A DNA stretch of 34,519 nt from Dimargaris cristalligena. Its lineage: Eukaryota. A program made the position numbers and the translations under genes. Positions 1-11,134 of this stretch are shown in pieces (position 1 is the first letter of the stretch; every line of letters begins with the position of its first letter). Below the pieces are notes generated by a model that worked only from the letters and a program-made list of their open reading frames with translations, was not told the origin of the DNA and searched no databases. Where the stretch lies: positions 1 to 34,519 of the forward strand of contig ML002389.1 in assembly GCA_003614675.1 (NCBI GenBank), written 5' to 3'.

Positions 1-1
1 A

Positions 2-508
2 TCTATAAAAATTAATAATATTTGTAGTACTTATAAATTTAATTTTTTAAAAATTAAAAATATTTATTCAAATGCAGTTCAATTAACTAAATTAATAGGA
101 GGATTTATAAAATATAAATCAATAAGAAAAGTTTGACGTTATTTAAAAAAAATACCACTTATGTCTAAACCCTTTAATAATTCTAATCATACAAATATAA
201 AATCTATATATAAATTTAAACAAATATATAAAAATTCATTAAAAAATTCTTTAATTATTTTTAGTAATTTAATTGGTATTAGATTAATTATCTCGGGTAG
301 ATTAATTAAAAAAAAAACTGGATCTAGAAGTAAAAAAAATATATTAAGTAGAGGTAAATTGAATTTTAGTTCATTTAATGCTTTTATTGATAATTATAAT
401 AGTCATATTGTAGGTAAAAATGGTTCAATAGGTATAAAATTATATTTAAATTCTAGTATACGTTTAAACTCTTCATCAAATAATGATTATATTAGCAACT
501 GTATATAA
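2..508 (+). CDS. rps3: Ribosomal protein S3, 3' part (5'-truncated by window edge)
   Basis: Frame 2 is open from base 2 to TAA 508 in code 4. C-terminal S3 motifs GIRLIISGRL...RS and GKNGSIGIKLYL. The missing N-terminus matches the frame at 24222-24536 (-). Confidence 0.88.
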
Positions 509-542
509 GTTATTTTGTAACTGTATAATAAAAAATAATATA

Positions 543-3395
543 ATGATAAAAATAAATTTTCTAATATTGATATACGCTGGTATGTTAATACTACCTTTGT
601 TAAGTAGTAAATTATTAACTCAAATTAAATCTAATTTAATATTATTTGATTTAAATACGGGTATAGAAATATATAATGGGCTGTTACTATGTAACCGATT
701 AAATATATTAATAAGCATCGTGACGATAATGATAATCTCATTAATAATTTGTTTAAGTGATTCTAAAAAAAATTCAGAAAAACAATTGCATGAATTGATA
801 CTTTACTTTTTTATTTCTGGATTATTTAGTTTAATTTATACAAATGATATTATATCATTCTTTTTAGCTATAGAATTATTGAGTTTCCCTTTATATATAT
901 TAGCTGGTATTTCTAAATTTTCACAATCAAGTACAGAATCAGCTATAAAATATTTTGTATTAGGAGGATTATCATCAACTATATTATTATTAGGATGTAT
1001 ATTTATGTATGGATATACAGGTGTAACAAATTTAAAAGATATTGAAATATTATTATTAACAAATTCTGTACCGGGAGGATTTTCATTATTAATTCCTAGT
1101 TTATTAATTAATATTGCTTTATTATTTAAATTAGCTGCTGCACCTTTTCATTTTTGAGCACCAAATGTATATGATGGTGTACCAACTATAATAACTATGT
1201 GTTTAATGACTTTACCTAAATTAGCTATAATTGCATTTATGTTAAATTGTTATAAATCAATTATTTATATTACTGGTGATACTCAATACATAATATTGGT
1301 TTCTTCTATTTGTTCATTAATAGGTGGTAGTATTTTAGGTATAACTCAATATCGTATTAAAAAATTATTAACTTATAGTAGTATATCCCATGTTGGTTTA
1401 ATCTTATTAGCTTTTATTTTATATATTCCTTCTTATTATTTACCTGCTAATATGAATAATTCTGCATTATTTTATATATTACAATATACTTTGAGTATAG
1501 TTTTATTATTTACTTTAATTTTAATTTTTCCTTTTAATCAATCTTTATCTAATATAAGTCAATTTAAAGGTTTTATTTATAGTTTTCCCTTTTATACTAT
1601 ATCTATTTTTATTATATTATTTTCTTTAAGTGGAATACCTCCTTTTATCGGATTTTATGCTAAATTTTATATATTATTTGATATCTTAAATTCTAATAAT
1701 TTTCTTATTGCATTTTTAATTATTTTTACTGCAATTATTAGTTCTTTTTATTATTTAAGATTAATTAAATTATTAAATTTTGATCTTCCTAATCCTGTAA
1801 ATAATATTATTAATACTCCTTTCTTTAATGAATTAATTATTTATATTATTTCTATATTGACTTTTATTATAACTTTCTATTTTATAGATGCATATAATAT
1901 AACATTATCATTGTCTAATATATCTTATCTATTTGTACCCTCTATATTTAGTAAAAATAAAATAGATTTAAAAAATATAAAAAACAGATTCTTGATTATT
2001 CTCCATAAAACTGGAAAATTAAGTAGTTTTATATTGTTTCCTTGAATATTGGCGAATTTAACCAATTTATTATTTAATACTTCTATATTAATTACTTATA
2101 TAGTATATTTTATATTATTATCCCTAAATATATACTATTATAAATTTTATCCCAAGAAATATAAATCTTTTATTGTAATATTATCACCTTTAACATCAAT
2201 AATAATTCTTATAATAGTATTTCTAGGTATATTAAATCAATTATATTTAATAGGGTGTTTACCTTTTATGAATTCATTTAATAATTTATCAGATTGATCA
2301 ATAAAAAATATTATTAAAGATGAAAATTGAATACATTCTCCAAATGAGAAAAAATTAATAGAAAATAGTAAAAAAACTTATGTACCAGAAATTAATAATA
2401 ATTTTATAGATAATGATGCAATATCAAATAATGAAAAAAAATTAGGAGAAAAAATAACACTTTACGATGATGGACATGAAATAACTCCCAAATTAAATTT
2501 AAATGATAGTATTATAAAAAATTTGGAAAATGATGTCATCTTTACTATTGGTTCAAAAAAAAATTCTTTAATAGAATTTAAAGGTAAAGACCTAATAGAA
2601 ATATTATCATACGGTACTATATTGACAGGGAGTTGAGCTATAAGTAAAGGAATAGTAAAAACTGGGATAAATGTAAATAAAGAGACTTTATTTAATTTAA
2701 TAAAAACCAAATTTAATATTGAAAATATAAATGATCCCAAATTAGCTAAAATTTTAAGTAATACAAGTTTAGGTTTAAAATTAACATCGACAGGATTTTT
2801 AACACTTTGAATGTCCTATTTAAAGCATAATTATAATAGAAATTACTCAGTAAACCCATTAATTGATAATTTGAATAAAAATGAATTAAACAAAATATTA
2901 GATAATACAAATATAAATTTTGTTAAAAAAAATAGTCCTTCAGAATTTGAAAAAACTTTACAAGATGCATACTCATTATGTGAAAAAAATAATAATTCGA
3001 TTGCTTGTCAAGAGAAATTAAAACTTTTTTTAAAAAACATAAAAAATTATAATGTTAAACCAAATAGTGACATAGATCCCAAAGATACTGAAATAAATTC
3101 ACCCTTTGAAATAATATTTACACCTGATAATATAGATATTTTTACATTATGTATTATAGCAGGATTTATCATTTTATCTATATATAGTTTTACAGTGGTT
3201 ATAATAAATTTATTATACCCAAAATTCTTAGAACCACAAATAGATAAAATTAAAAATGATAATATAAAATTAGTAATAATAATTATATCTGCCATAAAAG
3301 GTAAATTTTTATATTTTTTAATTTTAATAAGTTATTTGAATCTCTTTAGCGCTTTATTTATTATATTTAGGTTAATAATTGATGTAAATATATAA
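543..3395 (+). CDS. nad2: NADH dehydrogenase subunit 2 with ~490 aa in-frame C-terminal extension
   Basis: Motifs FLAIELLSFPLYIL, ESAIKYFVLG, FKLAAAPFHFWAPNVYDG, RIKKLLTYSSISHVG, SLSGIPPFIGFYAK. Supplied ORFs 483, 1197, 2049 and 2811 are one frame joined by TGA(Trp); first true stop is TAA 3395. Nad2-like sequence ends near 1935. Start could be 483 (overlaps rps3) or 543. Confidence 0.92.
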
Positions 3396-3567
3396 TGATT
3401 AGATAGAATAATAATTATTCTCCTGTAATCTACGATAACAAAAATTGTAATATAACCCCCAATCGTTGTCTTGCCATCGAAATGTATAAATAATTAACAT
3501 ATTTTAATCAACTATCAAAAATAACTATAAAATATCTCCCACATTAATAATAATAATTTTTTATAAT

Positions 3568-3894
3568 ATGCCAAAATATATAAAAATTTATTGTCTTGGC
3601 CTATATGGATATGGACCCCCCCAATATATAATATTGGGCTTATTTGTATTTATTTGAGGAGTAATTGTTCTCTTATTTTTCATAATAGAATTAATAATAA
3701 TAATTGGATTTTACATATATAAATGAAATATTAATCCAAAATTACCAAAATTCATAAAAAATTATTTAAATCATTTAAAAGATCAAAGTGATCCTGAAGT
3801 ATTACCTTATGCTGTAAAAGCACAATTATTTATAATAATAGCATATCTATTAATATTTAAATATTTCTTATATGTGATGGAATGGTATTTATAG
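3568..3894 (+). CDS. Hypothetical membrane protein, 108 aa
   Basis: Code-4 ORF ATG 3568 to TAG 3894: MPKYIKIY...LFVFIWGVIVLLFFIIELIIIIGFYIYKWNINPKLPKFIKNYL...LFIIIAYLLIFKYFLYVMEWYL; two hydrophobic stretches. Confidence 0.5.
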
Positions 3895-3950
3895 TAATTG
3901 ATATATTATTGGTTTTATAATTACCTTTTATTAATTTTTCATAACAAATG

Positions 3951-4025
3951 ATGAGTATAGCTTAATTGGACAAAGCAGATGCCTCCTAAGCATTTAGATA
4001 AAGGTTCAAATCCTATTTATTCATC
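3951..4025 (+). tRNA. trnR: tRNA-Arg(CCU)
   Basis: Cloverleaf: acceptor ATGAGTA/TATTCAT, D stem GCTT/AAGC, anticodon arm GATGC-CT[CCT]AA-GCATT, T loop GGTTCAAATCC (one extra base in the T stem). Confidence 0.8.
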
Positions 4026-4080
4026 CTAAATATTTAAAAAATTTGTTTCATATTGATTAATTATAATTTTAAATATGTTC

Positions 4081-4093
4081 AATACTTCGTATT
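4081..4093. repeat. Representative of dispersed hairpin family (A)ATACTTCGTAT(T)
   Basis: Copies in both orientations near 4081, 5924, 17122, 21343, 25330, 27303, 33231, 33448, 33749, 33781. Confidence 0.8.
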
Positions 4094-5797
4094 CATTCTA
4101 CCAGATTATAATCCATAAACCTTCGATTAATTATAAAATTATAGTTTATTTCTATAATAATTGTAAGGTATATTCTAGTTGGTAAGCCAGGTTTTTTGCT
4201 TTTATTATAAATTAAAAATTCTATGGTTAATAAAGATTTTTACATTATAAATCATACAATCCAAATCCAAGTATCATAGATACTCAAAAGGATATTTTAT
4301 ATAATTATAACCGTAATTAAATAAAATTATAATATAACTTTTTAATTTTTATTAATTATCCCAAAATCAAAAACTGAATAAAATAATAAATAAAAATTAG
4401 TTTTCCCTAACATAGTTCTAGCTCCCATCTTCGATGACTAACTATGATATACAAAATCCTAATTGACTTTCAGGTTTAAGATTTTAAATTACTCAACACA
4501 ATAGAAATATATTACGATATTCTATGAATATCTAATTATACTTTTTTTTGATAAATATGCAATATATGGTATAAAATAACTATATTAATACAACATTTAA
4601 CTGCAATAAACCAATCAATGATTAGGATATATATAGAAGGAAAACCTATAAAATAAAAGCAATATAACCAATATAAAAGGTTAATGTTTAAAGGTGGTAT
4701 ATTCACATTTTATTAATTATTATATTATCATACACATATTAATATATTTCTAATACTTTTTATGATTTTAAATATATGCTATATCTCAGCTATTAATTTA
4801 CCTAAACATATTTTCAATATGGTATATCTTTGAATTACTTTATAATTATGTCTAATATATTACTACTAGATAAAATAATAGTTATATTGTATAGTTTATA
4901 ATGAAATTAAATAGGAGTTATTTGAAATATTGTTAATTATTGTTTTTTATATATTGATATTTATTATTCTACTTCTCCTAATTATAGATTGGTTATATAA
5001 TTTAATCATAAAATTGATGTTTAAGAATTATATATAAATGAGTAAGATAATTAGTAATTATATCTAGAAAAAAATTAATTTAATAAGTTACTTTGATAAG
5101 TTTAATAATATAGTTATTTTAGTAAACCAATTGTAGATTAGAGAAAGATAATAGGAATTTAGAATATTACAAAGATATTTAGCTCTAAGGTCTAGTTCTT
5201 TATAATTATCTAGAAATACCACTTTAGTAATTTTTATAATTATTTTTTTATTTATATAAACATTAACCTTTTATATTCATTTATTTAAACTAGAAATGAT
5301 ATAATTGAATTTTTGAATATATTTAGCTCTAAGATCTTTTAAAGTAATGTAATAGTTTATTTAAGGAGATAATGATATATATTTAATCAACTGGAATAAT
5401 AACCAGAAACATCATTTTAGTAAACTTTCTAATGGAATATTCTTAAAAATAATGGTTATTAAATGGTTAATATTGTAATAAGATATTATAAGTATTTATA
5501 CAGTTAATTTCATTATTTGTTTAAGTTTTTAATGATATTTTTATACAACAAAATTAAATAGCAAATCTATGATTTGGGTAAATAATTCTATAATGATTTA
5601 TATTACATTTATATTTATATTATTAAACAAGTAAAATAATTCAATTTACCGTTTTATAACAATATAAATGTCAATACTCCTCATTCATGCAACCATTACT
5701 ATAAATATTAAAGAATATAAAAAGTAAAATAAATAGCGTAAAATAAATTATAAAGCTATATATAAAAGGGTAAAAATAATTAGGCTTAAATATCTAA

Positions 5798-5812
5798 CCA
5801 ATCATAGATTGG
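5798..5812. repeat. Representative of dispersed palindrome family CCAATC(ATA/GTA/TAC/TAT/TTA)GATTGG
   Basis: Copies near 5798, 7305, 8809, 9440, 14816, 21908, 25351, 32996, 33208, 33519, often flanked by C/G runs. Confidence 0.85.
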
Positions 5813-8800
5813 GTAAGATTACGAATAATAAATGCTAAAATAAATTAATAGAAATATGATATTATTATTAAAAGTACTTTTGAAAATAATATAAAATATA
5901 TACCTGACTTATTTAAATACCCCATACTTCGTATGTTTACCACAATTATAAAGGAATATACCATTAAATATACTAAGATATAATATTGGGTGATATTATG
6001 GAAAATATATTATTAATATTAATAAAGTTAGTATTTATGGAGTATTTTCTATAAAGTACGAAGTACTGATATCATTAATTATCTAAGTGGTTTATTTATA
6101 CCAATTGTAGTAAATAATTAATTTATAGTTCTTATGGATAGTTATTTACAAAACAAATGATAATAATTATCCATACTTTTACATAATTTAATATAAATAC
6201 GATAAATAATATAGTATATTTAATATTAATCATACAAATTTTAATAAATATTTAATAGTGTCGTATTTATTGAACTGTTTAGTTTTAATTTTATTGGATA
6301 ATAATATTAGTATTATTCATAATTAGTCTATTTAGCCCAAATATTAATGTAATTAATGGGTACCAGTACTTCGTACTTTTTATTAAAATATAATTGATAA
6401 TATCAAATTTTGTATATATATTTTTAAATTATTCTAGGATATATTAATGGGTAAGTTAATAAAAAGAATATGGATTATCGTTAATATATTTTGATGAATA
6501 AACTTATATATCGTTTAATGTATATTATTTATATTATTAAATGAAGTATTACTCGTCGTTGATACAATTTTCACTGGATAATTATAATATATAATATTAA
6601 TAAATAGGAAATATTATCCTATTTATTATTACACCTATTAATCTTTTTTTGGAAAGATATTTATAATATCTGTATAAATTAAAATATATTTTAACTTAAA
6701 ATTAATATAACGATTAAAGTAAATAACCAATATTGAAGAATTAAAATTATTCTGACAATTATTTTTTTATTTTATAATAGATTTTATAATAAGTAAGCTA
6801 AATTTAGGAGTAAGGATGAGATAATATGATTTATATTAAAAGATGGCTAAGCATAAATGATATAATTATTTATCATAATTTTAAATTGCCTAGATAAATA
6901 TAAAATGGTAATATTGATCCAAATAGACTAATTATAATATTGACTTTTCTTAATTACTATTGGTTTTAGTAAAAATAACTTTTTTATATTATTTATAGTA
7001 TAGATTCTTAATAAAATTTTAATAAAAAGTTTATTAAATAAATTGGTATAATTGTAGATTTACAATAAAATTGTGAATCCAAATATATTACCTAATATAA
7101 TTAATCTTATTAACTAAAGTTACTTTAAAAATTAATTAAAAATAAAATATTATATATTATAATTTGAATTAATACGTTCATCAAAGTTATTAAAATTTAT
7201 ATTAATTAAGCTTACCAGTAATTATATCTTTTATAAAATAATTTTTAATCATTATAATATATATATTGTATTCCTTATATTTTATCTATAATTCTTAACC
7301 ATTGCCAATCATAGATTGGGGGGTATCTTTGATACTGGTATGACTTACTTACCCAAATTATAGATTTGCTATTGATATTACATAAGTTTAATAAAACCTA
7401 TCTTTTAAGTAAATATAGCAAAGGTAATTAACATAAATTGCCCATTATATTTTATAATATTATCTATAGCTTTTATGGATATATACGAAGTATGGTAATG
7501 AAAATATTACAATTACAGTTAAACAACAGTTGAACGAAAATGATTTTATTCAAGATAAATATAAAAGTCGATACAACAGTTATAATACTGGGCTTAATAA
7601 TAATATATAAAGATAATAATAATTGTATACTAAGGTAAAATAAAAATGTAACAATACCCAGATTAATTATAGTTTTTATGAATATAAATTTAAAAATTAA
7701 CGTGGACACAAATATTACCTTAATTTGATCCAATAATATTAAATATATTATTATTGTAGTGAAGTAAACAATCCATTATAGATGTCCCATATATATTTAT
7801 ATCGATTATTATTGTAAAAGTATATGGACGACTTATTTACATATTCATCTTAAATTTATATTAATAAAAATATCCAGTTATACAAACATCTTTAATTGGG
7901 TTAATGAATTATTAAAAAATTTACTTTAGTTATAATTAATTCGGATTATAAATAATATTTTATATTGTTGATACTTTATACCCCATTCAATGAATGGCTT
8001 ATTAAATAAATCTAATATTTAAATTTTTATCAAGTTATTCAATTGTTTTCATTAATTTATATAAATTATTTACATAGCCCCACAATATTTATAATATTGG
8101 TAAATATCAATATCCGATATTCTTATCAATAAAAAAAATAAAATTTAGATAATGAATTTATACTTATATCAGCTAAATTTATGATATACAATTTTACTTC
8201 TTAATTTAGTTAATTCATTTATAAAAGTAATATAAAATTATACCGGTATTAGTATTAGAGTTATTATTCTTATAGTCGAATTAGTTATTTTAAAGTTTTC
8301 TATAGTTTAATTTAACGGTCATAACATGACTAAAGTTATGCAAAAGAACCAAGATATTTATAGTAGTTAATTATATAAATTCATAAATAAAAAGTTAATA
8401 TATTTCTAGTTAATTATATATTTATATATGAATCTATGATTCTTGGTAAACAATATTTATTTAAAAATATGAAATTTTAAAAATTTAATTTATGACCATA
8501 TTAATGATGCTATAAAATCTTAACCAAATTTAAAATTTGTGGAGTAAAATAATAAACTTTAATAAAATAACTAATAATAAAAATAACTTTAAAAATAAGA
8601 ATAAGTTATATAATAAATAATAATTAAGCAAGACAATTTAAATTATTTTTTATTTTAAGAAATAATTTGATATAATCATTAATTTAATAGCTTGCAAAAT
8701 AATCTTGATAATGATGTAATACGAAATATTATTATGTAACAATATTTAATATTATATTATCTTGCTTAATTATATTAATTTCAGATATACCTTTTTTAAT

Positions 8801-11134
8801 AACATACCCCAATCATAGATTGGCTTTAAAAATTATTATTAATGTATAAAAATATGTTATTATTACCTGCCTGTACTTTGTACTTCCCAATAATTTTATA
8901 ATTATTTATCATTTTATATAAAAAACAATATTAAAAATATTGTTTTATTGTCAAATATTGGATTTATTACTACATTTATAGCATTTTATTTTATATACTT
9001 TTATATTTAATAATTATTGTAAATAATTGGTACATTATATAATTAATAAATTATTTTAGTTAAACTCCTTATTATACAATATGAATTACTCCTGTTCATT
9101 ATTTTTTATAATATTAAGTTAAACTCTAGACAGTGGATATATTTATAAATACATTTTTAATATAATAAACAATTATTTAAAAATGAATTAAAAATTTAAA
9201 TGTAAAGACTTGCTATACAGGGTATTGACATTTATTATATAATAATAACAAAAATATTTTATTATATAAATTTAATTAATGTTGTTATATAACAATAAAA
9301 AGATTTTACTGCTAGAAATAAAATAATAAAATTTGTTATATAAAATAAAATTTTGGATCCAAAAATTTTAATTATATTTACTATATAAACAATTACTCAT
9401 CATATCTTTATTATATAATTTAAACTTATTATTTAATCCCCAATCTACGATTGGTTACCAATGTGTTTATTATTTATTTGCAGATACCCATTAATTTTAT
9501 ACTAATACGTTTATAATTTATACATAATCTAAGGTTATACTCCTGATAACTTCAAACCTTTAAAGATTATCTAAAGGTTGTACAAAAAGTAATCATCACA
9601 ATTGATATAATTTTGACCCAGTTTATTCTACATTAATTAAAAATATTTACATTAATGGACCTCTGATATAAAATAAAAAAGTATAAGGTAATATAAAAAT
9701 TAACTTCATACCCCTCAACATTATAAATGTTCAATAGAATTATTATTATAGAGTATTATGCAGGTGTAATTTTATTGTTATTTAATTAGGAGAATTTATA
9801 ATATTTTAATATTATAATTATGATATTTATATTTTAATTTGATAAATTCCAAATCAGAAATTTGCTCTTATAATATTGCCCAACAAAATTTACCTTTAAT
9901 AACTAAAATAAAAAGATAGATATAGAATAATAGTTTTATTTTTTATATAAGAAAACTAGAATATTATTTGTATTAAATAAATGGGTTCCAAATCTACGAT
10001 TTATCTTAATACTTTTATTTAAAGATAAGTACAAATACAATATTTTTAATATTGGGTTAATTTTATCTTGATAAAGTATTTTAGATACTGGTAAATATTA
10101 TTCAATTATATACATTATAGTTATTTACCTATTTTAATAATTAATTCAATATTATTATTAATTATAATCAAGCTAGATATAAAATATTACAATTTATAAC
10201 ACTTATTGTAAATTTAAATATCTGAAAAATATCTTTATATTATTATAATTCCTATTTTATCAATTATTTATCTTATAAACCAGTATCTTAGATATTTTAT
10301 AGTAATAATATCATAAAACAGCATTATATAATTCCAGTAATATAATTTTAATTCAAATAACCAAATAATCACTTAGCATAAAACATACTTCAATATGTGC
10401 AAAGTCAAACATATATAAATTTATAACAAATACAAAAAATATAAAGTATCGGATAATCAAGTATTTTTGATACTTTAAAAAATGTAAAGATACTTAAGTA
10501 TTTGACATAAAAATAATATTTAGCTTAATAAAATTGAATATTTAATAAACCATAAAATAAATTAATGTATTTTAAACTTTTTTCTTTTATTACCCAATAT
10601 ATAATATTGGATCCCCACAATATTTATAATATTGGTAACACATTTATGTATTTAGACTAAATTGTTACTAACAGTATATTATCCAAGTTTATGTAATACT
10701 ATACATATACCATTTTGTTATATATGTAAATGATAATTAATATAATCTAGACTATTATAATTTAATTTATATCGTTTATCCATAAATTGTATTATAACGA
10801 TAAAATAAAGTACTTTGTACTTGCATTTAGATAAAGAATAAAAAATATTATTATTTTTTCATAGTAACTAACCCCAAATATTTGATTTGTATGCTCAAAA
10901 GGTATAACTAAGAATATTGTATTAAACTTTTTATTCTTAAATATAATCCCTAGATAATTCATTTTTATTACCAATATCTCTATAAAATATGTTTTGTGTT
11001 ACTCCATTATTTATTTTATATAATAATCTGACTCCAGATATATAAAAGTACTAAAGTACTGAATTGAAAAATTTAAAATATATTATTCTAAACGTAAAGA
11101 TAAATAGATAAAAGGCACAACAATTATAAAATAA

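Larger units (their letters stand above)
4030..11130. other. Large AT-rich non-coding region between convergently transcribed gene blocks, rich in short palindromes
   Basis: No recognisable gene seen; many copies of CCAATC-NNN-GATTGG, ATACTTCGTAT and CAATAT...ATATTG hairpins. Confidence 0.6.

Noticed and set aside
2049-2297. Possible nad3 following nad2
   Set aside because: No YECGF or FLIFDLE motifs; it is part of the nad2 read-through frame.
2462-3295. Minus-strand ORFs 2462-2740 and 3047-3295
   Set aside because: Antisense shadows of the nad2 extension.
483-3395. Fragmented nad2 and other apparently broken genes as pseudogenes
   Set aside because: The breaks are TGA codons, many at conserved Trp positions (code 4).
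7473-10974. ORFs 7473-7733 and 10792-10974
   Set aside because: Short, non-ATG, low-complexity I/F/L/K composition expected by chance in AT-rich DNA.
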